Source of the DNA: Cetorhinus maximus
Lineage: Eukaryota
NCBI RefSeq assembly: GCF_964194155.1
Contig: NW_027596508.1
Location: forward strand, 62,001 to 126,000
DNA: 64,000 nucleotides
Reading direction: 5' to 3'
Shown piece by piece: positions 40,501-54,819 of this stretch. How positions within the stretch are numbered: position 1 is the first letter of the stretch; each line of letters begins with the position of its first letter. The notes under the pieces were generated by a model. That model did no database searches, was not told the origin of the DNA, and saw only the letters and a program-made list of their open reading frames with translations. The translations under genes and the position numbers were made by a program.

Positions 40501-41029
40501 CTTATTTTGATGGACAGCACCTCCAATACAGCAGCACTCCCTCAGTAATGTACTGGAGTGTCAGTCTTACTTGTTACACACAAATTCTGGTGTGGGATTT
40601 GAAGACATATCCTTGTGTTTCAAAGCCGAGTGTGACCAAGTCAGCCCCAGTCAAAGTGTTTAAGAAATCGTCCAATCCACAGCTACATGACTAGGACAAC
40701 TATGATGTCATCCTCTGGCAGGTCACATGACAGCTGGAGCCACAAGGCATCAGATTTGTGACTGGATTCAAACCCAAAATCCTGTCTCAATGATTTTTCA
40801 AATAAAGCTGTCAGCTGCTTGAAAATGCAGCAGTGAAACTTCCTTCTTGACCATGAGGAGAGCTAGGGAGACAGGAGAAAAACTAAATCCTTTAATACAA
40901 CAGTTCAAAAACCATCAAGGTTGAAATCCTGAGAGGAAAAGTCAAGTTATTATTGAGAACTCTGCTGAGAGAACTTCTCTGGACAGCAGAGGAATCAGGT
41001 GAAGAACAGAGTAAATCGACACCAGTGAA

Positions 41030-42560
41030 CAAGTCAACATCAAAATGGATCAACTCTTGTCAAGATCAATGAGTAAAAGCTGAGAGCTCCGTGCATCATC
41101 AGTTCATCAAGTGGAGATATTGTCTGGATAAAGCATTCTCTTTAGAACAAGATTTATTGAACTTAGTGGAATAGATGCATCATTGCAGAACATGCAAGTT
41201 ACACTGTGATAAAGAAAGTGGGACAATTAAATTGCAAACGAGAAATTGAGTGACCTCTGAGCTCAAACACAGAGAGAGTGAATTGTAGAGTGAAGACTTT
41301 AAAACATGGATTTGTTGACAGCGGGGATTAAGTGCATCGTATGCTCTGTTGGACCTCCAAAGCAGGCTGATGGTAAATGTCAGATTCATAAAACATTAGA
41401 GAAACAAGCGCGATAAATAAAGTACAGCAGAGAACCGATAAAAAAGGAAATTAGAGCAGCAGTCAGTGAGTGCATGAGGAAGGATTAGAAGGTAACACAA
41501 GAGAAGACAACGCAGACCTTTAACAAAAAACGGAGAGTCACTGAAAGGGTCGGCTGGTTAGGAGATCAGTGGAGGCAGAGGGCTGAGGTGCTCAATGAGA
41601 ACATTACATCTGTCAGCACGAAACAGAGGATGCTGCTAATGCCACAGTAAAGGAGGAGCTGGTGGAGAAACTGGATAGGATGAAAATAGATAAAGAAGAG
41701 GCAGTTAAAAGGTTGGCAGCTCTCACAGCAGAAAAGTCACCTGATCCGGATGCCATACATCCTGGATTACTGAGGGAAGGGTGGAAATAGTGGAGACTTA
41801 AGCCACAATCTTTTCATCTTTCCTTGGATATGGGAGTGATGCCAGAGAACTGAAGGTTGTTAATGTTACATCTGTGTTTAAAATAGAGAGAGATAAACCC
41901 AGTACCAGTTAGTCAAATGGTAGTGATGGGGACACGTTTAGAGACAATAATCCAGTATAAAATTCATTGTCACTTCGTAGAACATGGGTTGATAAATGAC
42001 AGCCAGTACAGATTGATGAACAGAAAATCATGACTGAAATACTTAATGGTGTTTGATGAAGTTTCAGAGAACATTGACCAGGGGAGTGAGTTTGATGATG
42101 TGAGCCTGGACTTCCAAAGGTGTTTGAAAAAGTTCCATATAACAGACTTGTTAGTAAAATTCAAGCAGGTGGGATTAAATGGGCAGTGGCAGCATGGATA
42201 TAAAATTGAATAAGGGGCAGAAAGGATAATGTAGAGGTGAGCGGTTGTTTTCAGAGTGGAGGGATTTAGGCAGAACCAATGCTCTGTCACGTCAGGCGGC
42301 TGTTCTATTCCCATTCTCAGAGCTCTTTTAAAATTTAATAAATTCCAGACAATATCTAAGTTTGCTGATGGCACTAGGTTAGGTGACATGGTTAGTAGTG
42401 TAGGTGGGAGCAGCAAGTTTCAAAGGATCATTGACAGATTCAGTGAGTGAACAAAAACTGTGGCCGATGGTGTTCAATATGGGGATGTGTGAGGTCACCC
42501 ATCTTGGAGCAAAGAAAGATCAGAGAATTTCCTAAACAGTCAGAAACTTGGGACTGTGGA
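41030..42560 (+). mobile_element. Degenerate CR1 ORF2
   Basis: KSPDPDAIHP, LDFQRCLKKFH, ISKFADGTRLG. Confidence 0.75.
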
Positions 42561-43275
42561 GGAGTTGAGAGTGAGAGTGAGAGCTGAATGAGGCTGGAGG
42601 GTGGATAAAGAGCAGCGGCAGAGCAGCCCGAGAGCAGCAGTGAGAGAGAGAAGGAGAGAAGAGTGAGAGCGGTGGGGGGGATAAAGAGCTGTGAGGGAGG
42701 GGTTGGAGCAAACCGGCCATGTTTATAATAAATAGTCAAAGCATGATATCAGGGGAAAGAAGGGAGCTGGTTGGTTTCTGCAGATTTCTCTAAATTGGGC
42801 TTTGATTTAAACTAGGAGCTGGAAAATTAAACATTTCAATCAGGGTAAGTGTGACAGTCAGTGTAAATGTAATAAGAGTATTAGTGCAGAGCAGGTCAAG
42901 AGATATTAAATACAATTTAGAGTTTAAACAAGGTACTCATTCGATTCTATAAGAAGGAATAGAGGTTTGTTTTCGATCACGGATGGGCAGCTGAGACCTG
43001 TTGCTTGCAGTTCCTGACCCATTTGGGAACCTCAGGCCTTGGGGGCCACATGTGTAGGAAGTCCCTGCAGCTGCTCGAGTTCGAGCTCAGGATTTCCGAA
43101 GTTGAGGGGCAGCTGGAGTCACTGCGGAGCATCGGGGAGGATGAGAGTTTCCTGGATCGTACGTTCCAGGTGGTGAACACCCCAAAGGGAGTGTGTTCAG
43201 GGTAGTAGATGGGCGGCCATCACAAGAGTAGGAAGAGGCAGGAAATGCAGGAGACCTTGGGGTCTGTGCCACCCA
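42560..43275 (+). mobile_element. CR1 5' UTR and ORF1 N-terminus
   Basis: HMCRKSLQLLEFELRISEVEGQLESLRSI...DRTFQVVNTP, homologous to 47150-47400 on the minus strand. Confidence 0.7.
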
Positions 43276-43277
43276 TT

Positions 43278-46200
43278 GACTCAGAGACGTTTACAGCACA
43301 GAAGGACGCCAGTCGGCCCATCGTGTAAGCGCGGGTCAACAAAGATCTGACGACACTAATTTCATTTTCTAGCGCTTGGCCCATAGCCCTGGAGGCTATG
43401 GCAACGCAAGTGAATATCCAAATACTTCTTAAATTTATGAGAGTTTCTGACTGAACCACCTTTCAGGCAGTGAGTTCCGGACTCCCACCACCCACTGAGT
43501 GAAAAATATTCTCCTCAACTCCCCTCTTAACCTTCTACCTCTTCCATTAAATCTATGTCACCTGGTTATTGACCCCTCTACTAATGGAAAAAGTGCCTTC
43601 CTATCCACCCAGTCTGTGCCCCTCACAATCTTATTTACCTCTATCAGGTCCCCTCTCAATCTTTGCTGCTCCAAAGAAAACAGCCTCAGCCTATCCAATC
43701 TTTACTCATAGCTCAGAACATCCAGCCCAGGCAGCATCCTGGTAAATCTCCTCTGACCCTCTCCAGTACAATCACATCCTTCCTATAATGTGGTGACCCG
43801 AACTGCACTCAGTACTCCAGTTGTGGCTGAGACAGTGTTTTATACAGTTCCAGCATAACCTCCCCGCTCTTGTATTCTATGCCTCAGCTAATAAAGGCAA
43901 GTCGGCAGTGGCGCAGTGGTAATGCTTTGGGGACCCGGGTTCGAATCCCATCAGGGCAAGTCTAATGATGACCATGAAACCATTGTCGATCGTCGTAAAA
44001 ACCCATCTGGTTCACTAATGCCCTTTAGGGAAGGAAACCTGCCATCCTTACCTGGTCCAGACCCACAGCAATGTGGGTGACTCTGAATTGCCTCCTGAAC
44101 AAGGGAAATTAGGAATGGGCAACAAATGCCCTGCCCTGCGGCCTTCAGGGATCTGTGGACATGCACACTAAGGTCCCTCTGATCTTCAGTACTTTCCAAG
44201 GTCCTACAATTCAGTGTCATCCCTTACCTTGTTAGCCTTCCCCAAGTGCATTACCTCACACTTATCCAGGTTGAATTCCATTTGCCACTGCTCTGTCCAC
44301 CTGACCAGTCCATTGATATCCTCCTGCAGATTACGGCTATCCTCCTCACTATTTACCACCAGGCCAATTCTCGTGTCATCCGCACACTTCTTGATCATAC
44401 CCCCTACATTTAAGTCCAAATCATTAAGTACACCACAAACAGCAAGGGCCCCAGCACTGAGCCCTGTGGAACCCCACTGGAAACAAACTTCCTGCCACAG
44501 AAACATCCCTCTACCATCACCCTCTGCTTCCTGCCTCTCAGCCAATTTTGGATCCAATGTGCCACTCTGCCGTGGATCACTTGTGCACTCACTTTCTTGA
44601 CCAGTCTGCCATGGGGGACCTTAAAAAAAAAGCCTAACTAAAGCCCATGTAGACCACATCAAATGTATAATCATCATCAACACTCCTGGTTAACTCCTCA
44701 AAAAATTTGATCAAATTTGTCAAACACGATCTTCCCTTAACAAATCCATGCTGACTATCCCTGATTAATCCGAGTCTCTCTAAGTGCAGATATATTCTGT
44801 CCCTCAGAGTTCTTTCTCAGGACTTCCCCACCACTGAGGTTAGACTGACAGGCCTGTAATTTCCTGATCTATCCCTTCCTCCCTTTTTTAATAATGGGAC
44901 ATTAGCTGTCTCCCAGTCCTCTGGTACCTCCCCTGTGGCCAGAGCAGATTTGAAAATTCCTGCCAAATCCCCTGATATCGCTTCCCTCGCCTCCCTCGCC
45001 TCCCTCAACAGGCTGGTATACATCTCATCCAGGCCTGCTGATTATCTACTTTTAGGGCCACTAAACTCTCTAGTACCTCCTCTCTCTCTATGTTAATTTC
45101 ATCTAATATTTCACAGTCCTTCACCCTGATGTCTTTATCTGCGTTGTCCTTTTCCATTCTGAAGGCCAATGCAATGTATTCTTTGAGGACTTTACCCACG
45201 TCTTATGGGTCCACATACAGGTCACCTCTATGGTCCCTAATTGGGCCTACTCTTTCCCTAGTTGTTCTCTTGCTGTTTATATATTTTCAAAAAACCCTTT
45301 AGGTTTTCCTTCATTCTACCCACCAATTTTGCTCATGCATTTTCTTAGCTTCCCTAATTTCCTTATTAAGTTCCCCTTGCACTTTTTATACTCCTCTAGC
45401 ACTCAGCCTTATTGAGCCCTCGGTATCTGTCATAACCTCTTTTTTCCTTAATCCTAACCTTCATGTCCCTTGACATCCAGGGTTCTCTGGACTTGGTCCT
45501 CCTCTTTGTCTTTACAGGAACATACTTGCCCGGTACTCTCGTTATTTCCTCCTTGAATGCCTCCCACTGCTCTGACACAGTTTTATCTGCAAGGAGCTGC
45601 TCCCAGTCCACTTGGGCCAAATCGTACCTCATCTTCGTAAAATTAGCCCTTCCCCAGTTTAGAACTTTTATTCTTGGCCCAACCTTATCCTTTTCTATAA
45701 CTCTACTGAATCAAACTGAGTTATGGTCACAATCTCCAAAATGCTCCCCTACTGATCTGCCTTCCACCAGCCTGGGCTCATTTCCCAATATTAGGTCCAG
45801 AACTGCCTGCTCCCTTGTTGGGCTTTCTACGCACTGGCTAAAAACGTTCTCCTGGTTGCAACTTAAGAATTTTGCTCCCTCCCTACCTTGCACACTGAAA
45901 CTATCCCAGTTATGTTTGGGTAGTTAAAATCCCCGACTATTACTGCCTTATTATTCTTCCACATCTCTGAAATTTAATTACATATTTCATCCTCTATCTC
46001 CCTCTCTCTCACCCAACAGCATGTTTGCCCCTTCTGTGTTTTTTAATTCTACTCATATGGCCTCATTTGATGACCCTTCCATGATATCATCCCTCCTCAC
46101 TGCTATAATTGATTCCTTGATCAATACCCCCTTCCTCTTCTATCCACCTACACCCCCGTCTCCCCCTATCATGTCTGAATACATTATAACCAGGAATGTT

Positions 46201-47460
46201 GAGCTGCCCTTCTTTCAGCCAGGTCTCGGTCATAGCTATGATATCATTCTCCCACTTGCCAATTTGTGCCCTCAGATCATCTGTCTTATTCCTCAGGCTC
46301 CTTGCATGAAAATACATTCCACTTAGCCTTGCTAAACTCACTTCTTTCAGAAGTGGCCTATGTTTCCTCTGCCTTTCAGACTCACTTACTAGTGTTTTAA
46401 CTTCTCATTCCATCTCAGCTTCTCTCCCCTCTGAACAACTTTTCAGGATCCCATCCCCCTAACAATTTAGTTTAAATCCACCCCAACAGCATTAGCAAAC
46501 CTCCCCGTGAGGATGCTGCTCCCGTTCCTGTTCAGATGGAACCTGTCCAACTTGTACAGGTCCCAACTACCCCAGAAACGGTCCCAATGTCCCAGGAATC
46601 TAAAGCCCTCCCACCTGCACCATCTCTCCAGCCACGCATTCATCTGCTCTATCCTTATGCTCCTATACTCACTCCTGTGTGGCACCCGGGGTAATCCGGA
46701 GATTACCACCTTTGAAGTCTTGCTTTTCAATTTCCCACCTAATTCCCTAAAGTCTGCTTGCAGGCCCTCATTTCTCTTTCTTCCTATGTTATTGGTCCCA
46801 ACATGAACCATGGCCTCTGACCGATCACCCTCCCCCCTTCAGAATGTCCTGCAGCTGTTCCGTGACATCCTTAACCCTGTACCTGGGATGCAACATACCA
46901 ACCAGGAGTTACGCCTATTGCCACAGAAGCGCCTGTTTAGTCCCCTCACTAATGAATCCCTTCCCACTATTGCCACTGTCCTCCCCCACTGAGCAGCTGG
47001 ACCACCCACAGTGCCATGGCCTTGGCTCTGGTTGGCCTCCTCAGAGGAACCGTCACTCTCCATGACCGAAAAACAGTTTGCAAGTGTGGTGCACTCGGGG
47101 ATTCCCTCACTACCTGCCTGGTGCCCTTCTTCTGTCTGGTGGTCACCCATTCCCTCTCTGCCTGCACCTCCTTCAGCTGCAGGGTGACCACGTCCTGAAA
47201 CGTGCTATTCATGAGCCTCTGAGCCTCATGGATGCACCGTAGTGCCCCCATCTGCCGCTCAAGCTGCTAAACCAGGAGCTCGAGTTCCTCCAGTCGGAGG
47301 CACCTCCTGCACACATGGTCATCCAGACCGCCGGGAGAGTCTAGGATTTCCCACATAGCGCAGGATGTGCAAATCACAGCACTGAGCTCCCCAGGCATAA
47401 CTTAACTAAATCGAATATGGACTCTTGCTTTTATTTTACCCTTACTCCTACTTGAGTCTC
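43278..47460 (-). mobile_element. Near-full-length degenerate CR1 (ORF1 with SGNH esterase ~46467-47400; ORF2 EN and RT), with SINE at ~43903-44130
   Basis: VHVGTNNIG and DRFHLN (esterase), YFHARSLRNK..IAMTETWL (EN), NYRPVSLTSVVGK, GVPQGSVLGPLLF, ADDTRIG. Confidence 0.92.
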
Positions 47461-48858
47461 GCTGCTTTAACCTCTCTCTCCCGAAGTCTTGCTTGTTTAA
47501 CCTCTCCCTCCGGAAGGGTCTGTGTTTTAACCTCTCTGTCCCAAAGTCTCTGTTTTAACCTCTCTCCCGAAGTCTCTGTTTTAACCTCTCTCCCGAAGTC
47601 TCTGTTTTAACATCTCTCCCGAAGTCTCTGTTTTAACCTCTGTTTCCCGAAGTCTCTGTTTTAACCTCTGTCTCCCGAAGTCTCTGTTTTAACCTCTCTC
47701 TCAAAGTCTCTGTTTAACCTCTCTCTCCCGAAGTCTCTGTTTTAACCTCTCTCTCGAAGTCTCTGTTTAACCTCTCTCTCCCGAAGTCTCTGTTTTAACC
47801 TCTCTCCCGAAGTCTCTGTTTTAACCTCTCTCTCCCGAAGTCTCTGTTTTAACCTCTCTCCCGAAGTCTCTGTTTTAACCTCTCTCTCCCGAAGTCTCTG
47901 TTTTAACCTCTCTCTCCCGAAGTCTCTGTTTTAACCTCTCTCCCGAAGTCTCTGTTTTAACCTCTCTCTCCCGAAGTCTCTGTTTTAACCTCTCTCCCAA
48001 AGTCTCTGTTTTAACCTCTCTCCCGAAGTCTCTGCTTTAACCTCTCTCCCGAAGTCTCGCTGTTTCAACCTCTCTCCTGAAGTCTCTGTTTTAACCTCTC
48101 TCTCCCGAAGTCTCTGTTTTAACCTCTCTCCCGAAGTCTGTTTTAACCTCTCTCCCGAAGTCTCTGTTTTAACCTCTCTCCCGAAGTCTCTGTTTTAACC
48201 TCTCTCCCGAAGTCTCTGTTTTAACCTCTCTCCCGAAGTCTCTGTTTTAACCTCTCTCTCCCGAAGTCTCTGTTTTAACCTCTCTCTCCCGAAGTCTCTG
48301 TTTTAACCTCTCTCTCCCGAAGTCTCGCTGTTTTAACCTCTCTCTCCCGAAGTCTCTGTTTTAACCTCTCTCTCCCGAAGTCTCTGTTTTAACCTCTCTC
48401 CCGAAGTCTCTGTTTTAACCTCTCTCTCCCGAAGTCTCTGTTTTAACCTGTCTCTCCCGAAGTCTCTGTTTTAACCTCTCTCCCGAAGTCTCTGTTTTAA
48501 CCTCTCTCTCCCGAAGTCTCGCTGTTTTAACCTCTCTCCCGAAATCTCCCTGTTTTAACCTCCCACCCGAAGTCTGTTTTAACCTTTCTCTCTCCCGAAG
48601 TCTGTCTGTGTTAAGCTCTCTCTCCCGAAGTCTCGCTGTTTTAACCTTTCTCTCCCGAAGTCTCTGTTTTAAATTTTCTCTCTCCCGAACTCTCTGTTTT
48701 AACCTTTCTCTCTCCCGAAATCTGTTTTAACCTCTCTCTCTATCCTGAAGTCTCTATTTTAGCCTCACTCTCCCAAAGTCTCACTGTTTTAACCTCTCTG
48801 CTCCCGAACTCTCGCTGTTTTAGCCTCTTCCTCCCGAAGTCCCTCTATTTTAACCTCT
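47461..48858. repeat. Minisatellite, 26/28-bp unit TGTTTTAACCTCTCTC(TC)CCGAAGTCTC, about 50 copies
   Basis: Direct reading; homogeneous centre, degenerate edges. Confidence 0.97.
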
Positions 48859-48859
48859 A

Positions 48860-50305
48860 TCTCCCACAGTCACTGTTCTCACTGTCAAACTGGTACTCAG
48901 AATTGCAGACTGCTGGGAATGGTGACACCCTGAAGGAGTGCAGTCCAGACCATGGCATCAATGGGCAAGAAACTGCACAGGTTGGAACAGCAAAGAGTAG
49001 AAACGCAGTCATTATTGGAGATTTCATAGTCAGGCGGACAGACAGGCTTTTCTGTTCCACATGGTGTGTTGTCTCCTTGGGGCCAGGGTAAAGGACATCA
49101 TGGGGAGGGTGCAGATTATTCCGCAGGGGGAAGGGAGTGAGCCAGAGGTTGTGGTACACGTCAGTATCAATGACACAGGGGGGACAGGTATTGAGGTCAC
49201 TCGGTCAGAATTTCAGCAGCTCAGGAGGTCGTTAAAATGTAGGATGTCGAAGGGAGTAATCTCTGGATTACTGCCAGTGCCACGTGATAGTGAGAGTAGA
49301 AATGTAGGAAGAAATAGGGAGCATCAATACATGGCTTGAGGCCAGTGCAGGAGGTGGGAGAGCCTTTAGATTCTTGGGACATTGGGGCCAGTTCTGTGAC
49401 AGGAAACACCTATTCGAAAGGAACAGGTTGTACCTTAACAAGACTGGGACCAATGCCCTCATGGGGAGGGTCATTCATATGGTTGGGGGGGATTTGTACT
49501 GAACTGGCAGGGGGTGAGCCCCAGTATATAGAAGTAGAAAAGAGGAATAACTAGAGAAGGAAGTAGAACCATATAAGATAGGAGTAGATGAAGAAGGAAT
49601 CTAAGAGGAATACAAGGACAGGTTTACAATGTATGTGCGTAATCGCACAAAGAGCGGTGAATAAAGCTGGTGAGCTAGAAGCACAAAGAGCCATGTGGGA
49701 AAATGATGTGGGGGCAATGATGGAAACGTGGTTTAAAAATGGTGAGGATCGGGTTCATATTCAAGGCTACAAAGTGTTCAGAAAAGAGAGAGAAGGAAAA
49801 AAATGGAGGTGTGGTGAGATAGAGAAGCAAATACGCAGGGAAATCACAGAGATGTATAAGAACTATAAAGCGGTGATATCTGGGGATTTTGGAAATGTGT
49901 TTAGGAGAACTTCTTCGACCAGGATGTTCTCAGTCCAGTTAGGAAGGAGGCATTGCTGGATCTGGTGCTGGGGAATGAGGTGGGCCAAGGTTGGCCGCGT
50001 GAACCAAGTGTCTGTGGGTGAACCCTTGGGTAAGAGTGATTGGAAGGGAGCGAACTTCAATGGGGGGAGAGGGGATTTAGCCAGGGTGAAATGGAACCAG
50101 AGACTGACAGGAAAAACTGTAACAGAACAATGGGTGATCTTTCAGGAGGAGATGTGTCAGGTACAGACTAGGTACTTTCCAATAAGGGGGAAAGGGAGGG
50201 GAACCAAAGCCTGGGCTCCTTGGATAATGAGGAAGATAGGAAATATGATGAAACAATGAAGCATATGATGTATGTCAGATGAATTCTTCAAGTGAAAACC
50301 AGGTC
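48860..50305 (+). mobile_element. CR1 ORF1 (esterase) to ORF2 EN fragment
   Basis: AVIIGDFIVRRTDRLFC, VCCLLGARVKDI, VVVHVSIND, VISGLLPVP, ETWFKNG. Confidence 0.85.
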
Positions 50306-53300
50306 ACTGCTATTGTATGAGAGTGTGGAATTAACTCTCTCTCTGCCCATCTCTGTTACTGTATGTGAATGTGGAATTAATTAATCCCCAATATCAGTCA
50401 ATCTGCACAATTAACTCCCTATCCGTCATCTCTGTTGCTATGTTTCAGGGCAGAATTATGATAACTTTCTACCTATCATTAAACATTAGTCTGTCTGAGT
50501 GTGAAATTAATTCAGTATCTGTCAGCCTCTACTGCTGTATGTCAATGTGGAATTAAATCTCCCTCATCTCCATTACTGTGTGTGAGTGCACAATGAACTC
50601 TCATCTGTCAGTATTTGCTTCTGAGTTTCAGTGTGGAATTATCTCTCTGTCCATCTTTGTTAGTGTGAGAGGGCAGAATTAATTCTGTATCTGGTATTCT
50701 ATATTACTGTATGTAAGTGGGGCATTAATTCTCTGTTCATCTCTGTTATTGCATGTGAGAGTGGAATTAACTGTCAGCCTTTGGTACTGTATATGAGTGC
50801 AGCATTTCTTTCTCTCGATGAGTGTAATTGAATATGGAATTAACTCTCTCTTTGACAGTCTCTGTTACTTTATGTGAGTGTGAATGAATTCTCTATCCTT
50901 TAGTCTCCAATAGTTTACTTTAGTGTGGCATTAACACACTGTGAATCTCTGTTACTGTCTGAGTGTGGAATTCACTCTCTGTCCATCTATAATAATGTGA
51001 TTGTCATTAATTCTCAATCCGTCAGTCTCTGTTACTCTATGGAAGTGGGTCACTTTCAAGTTAGCAAACTGCAACCAGTAGAGAGTCACAGGGATCAGTG
51101 CCGGGTTCTCAGCTATTTACATTCTATATTAATGACTCAGATGAATGGAGAGAGCATCACCAAATTTTCAGACAATACATAGATAGGTGGGAAAGCAGGC
51201 TGTGAGGGGACACAAAGAGTCTGCAAGAGGATATAGAAAGGTTAAGTCAGTGGGAAAACATTTGTCAGATGGAATACAATGTGGGGAACATTGATGGGAA
51301 GAATAGAAAAACAAAACATTATTCAAATGATATATATACTAATGGACTAGACTGTGGTGTGCAGCGAGATGAGAAATCTCAAAATTTGCAGATGATCCGA
51401 AGATTGGAAACATTGTCAACTGTGATTGGGATAGTCTTGAACTCCAAAAGGACAAAGACATGTTGGTGGATTGGGCAGGCAAGTAGCAGCTGAAGTTCAA
51501 TGCATAGAAGTGTCAGGTGATTCATTTTGGTAGGAAAAATATAGTGAGACAGTATTAAATAAAGGGACAGCCTTTAAAGGAGGTGCAGGAACAGAGGCAC
51601 TTCATTGTATATGTACATCAATCACTGAAGATTGTGGGGCATGTTGAGGGAGAAGTTAATAAAGCATATAGAATCTCAGGCTTTATTAATAGGGGCACTG
51701 AGTACAAGATTCTGTGATTCTGTGAAGAGTAAGGAGGTCATGTTGAACTTGGATAAGTCACTTTTTAGGCTTCATCTGGAGTACTGTGTCCAGTTCTGGG
51801 TGTCATTCTTAAGGAAGGATGTGAAGGCATTGGAGACAGTACAGAGGAGATTCACAAGAATGATTCCAAGATAAATGACTTGGATATAAATGTAGGGGGA
51901 ATGATCAAGAAGTTTGCAGACAATACAAAAATTGGCCGAGCAGTTGATAGCGAGGAGGATTTCTGTAGACTGCAGGAAGATATCAATGAACTGATCAGGT
52001 GGGCAGAAAAGTGGCAAATGGAATTCAACCCAGAGAAGTGTGAGGTGATGTATTTTTTTTATTCATTCATGGGATGTGGGTGTCACTGGCTAGGCTAGCA
52101 TTTATAAACCATCCCTAAGAGGGCATTTAAGTATCAACCACATTGCTGTGGGTCTGGAGTCTCATGCAAGGCCACAATACATGGGAGGATACTGAGAGGT
52201 GTTGAGGAAGTGAGGGACCTTGAAGTGAGTTTCCACAGATCCCTGAAGGTAGCAGGACAGGTTCATAAGGTGGTTAAGATGGCATATGGAATCCTTTCAC
52301 TTATTAGCTGAGGCATAGAATATGAAAGCAGGGAGGTTATGCTGAAACTACGTCAAACATTAGTTAGGCCACAACTTGAGTAGTGTGCAGTTCCGGTCAA
52401 CTCATTGCGGAAAGGATCCAATTGTAGTAGAGAGAGTCCAGAGATTTATGAGGGTGTTGCCAGGACTGGAAAATCGCAGCTATGAGGAAAGATTGGATGG
52501 ATTGGGGTTGTTCTCCTTGGAAGACAGGAAGCAAAGGGGAGATTTGATTGAGATGCACAAAATTGTGAGGGGCCTGGATAGAGTGGATGGGAAGGGCCTA
52601 TTTACTTTAGCAGTAGGGAAGTCTTGCTACAGCTACACAGCATTGGTGAGACTACACCGGGAGTACTGTGTTTTGTTGGAGTCTCCTTATTTAAAGAGGG
52701 ATATAACTGCATAGGGGCACTTCAGAGAAGTTTGATTAGACTGACTCCTGAGATGAAGGAGTTGTCTCATGAGGAATGTTTAAGCAGGTTGGGCTGATTT
52801 GCATAGGAGATTCGAAGAATGAGAGGTGATCTCATTGAAACAACTAAGATTCTGAGGGGGTTTGACAGGGTAGATGTTGAGAGGGATGTTTCCATTTGTG
52901 GGGAAAAAGGAACCAAAGGGCACAGTTTAAAAATAAACATTTCCCATTTAAGACAAAAATGGGAAGGAATTTCTTCTCTCAGAGCGTCCTTAATCTTTGT
53001 AATTCTCCACCTTAGAGAGCAGTGGAGGCTGGGTCATTGCATATATTCATGCTGAGTTAGACAGATTTTTCATCGGCAGGAGAGTCAAGGGTTATAGGGC
53101 AGGTGGGAGAGTGGGTTTGAGGCCACAATCAGATCAGCCATGGTCTTATTGAATGGTGAAGCTGGCCCGATGGGCTGAATGGCCTCCTCCTGCTTCTCTT
53201 TCTTATATTTTTAATTTGTCAGTGTGGGATTGACCCTCTGTCTGTTAGTCTCTTTTGCTGTATTTCAGCGTGAAATTAACTCAGCCTTATCTGCATGTGA

Positions 53301-54120
53301 GTGTGGAATTGATTCTCTGTCCATCACTTACTGAATGTGAGTGTGTAATTTACATCTCTGTCAGTCTCTGTTACGGTTGAGAGTGGAACTATCTCTCGAG
53401 CAGCCTATGATACTGTATATGAGTGTGGAATTCACTCTTTGTCAGCCTCTAGGTGTATTAGAATATGGAATTAACTCATGTCAGTCTCTGTTACGGTATG
53501 TGAGTGTGGAATTATCTCTATCGCTCAGTCTTGGTTGCTGTGAGTGTGGAATTCTCTTTTCCAGTCTTTGTTCTGACATCTGAGAGTGGAGTTAAGACCT
53601 CTCAATTTCCATTAATATTTCAGTGAGGAATTAACTTACAACAACAGAGGCTGAGAGAAATTAAGAGAGTTAGTTCCACACTCTCATATTTGTCTGTCTG
53701 TGTTACTGTGTGTGAGTGAGGAATAAACAAACAATTTGTCAGGCTCTGTTACTGAGTGTGTGGAATTAACTCTCTATCAGTCAGTCTCTGTTATTGTGCC
53801 TGAGAATGTAGTAGAGGCAGGTTCAATTAAGGAATTCAAGAGAAAATTGGATTATTATCCAAAAAGGAAAAATGTGCAGGGCTATGTGGAAAAGGCGGTG
53901 AAGTGGCAAGAGGTGATTTGCTCCTTCAGAAGGCCAGCATAGAATATAATGGGCAGAATGGCCTCTGTCTGTGCTGTAATCATTCTATGATTCGATGAAT
54001 TAACTTTCCGTCAATCTCTCTTACAATATATGAGTGTGGGTGGAATTAACACCATCTGTCACTCTCTGCTGTTACATGTGAATGTGAAATTTACTTCCTG
54101 TCAGTCTCTGTTACTATACA
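50305..54120 (+). repeat. Degenerate 41-46-bp satellite (T/G-rich), split by CR1 fragments at ~51040-53205 and ~53800-53990
   Basis: Recurring ctgtcagtctctgttactgtatgtgagtgtggaattaactct. Confidence 0.75.
51040..53205 (+). mobile_element. Stacked CR1 ORF2 3' fragments
   Basis: KFADNTKIGR..WQMEFNPEKCEVM, LEYCVQFW, RGDLIE repeated. Confidence 0.85.
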
Positions 54121-54819
54121 AGAAACAGTAAATGACCTTATATCAGAAATGCTTGGGCCCTACTGTTCTCAAAAGTGCTCGCAGTTAAACCCACCACCTT
54201 CTCCTCTCTCTACTCTCCAGTTCTAAAACAGCCAACAAGAACATACCTTCAAAGTAAGCGAGGATCGACTTCCATGTCCAACATCCATTCTGATTCAAAA
54301 GTGTTCTTCAATTGTCAGTTTGAGTTTCTGACCTTGGTTTTGTGAGCAACACCTGCAACAATTCACTGACAACATCATGTGGATAGTGGCAATCTGAAAT
54401 AAAGAGAGAAAATGCTGGAAATACACAGCACATCAGACAGCAAATGTGGAGAAAGAAACGTTCACATTTCAAGCTACTGACAATCAACCTGCAATAAAAC
54501 ACTTACTAACATCTGCCCATGGTGACTGCAGTTCCCACAATTCCCTGCATCCCAGAAACGGCTCTATCAAATGCACTGACTTCCCCGGCATTGAGAGTGC
54601 GCATGCTCCCCAGGGCCGGCCCCGGGTCATTCTGAGGTCGAACTTATCGGCCCATTTCACCAATATGCTTATGTCCTTTTGAAGTTTAACACTCTCCTCC
54701 TCACAGTTCACAATACCTCCAAGTTTCATGTCATCCGCAAATTTTGAAATGGTGTCCCATACACCAAGCAGTCGGTCAACAATATATATCAGAAAGACCA
54801 GGGGATCTAATGCCGTCCC

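Noticed and set aside
43905-43950. tRNA gene
   Set aside because: Truncated tRNA-like head running into the SINE core
47461-48858. CRISPR-like regular array
   Set aside because: Units are directly adjacent with no unique spacers, and the context is eukaryotic; it is a minisatellite
49588-50259. 223-aa ORF as a host gene
   Set aside because: Mosaic of CR1 endonuclease frames with internal deletions
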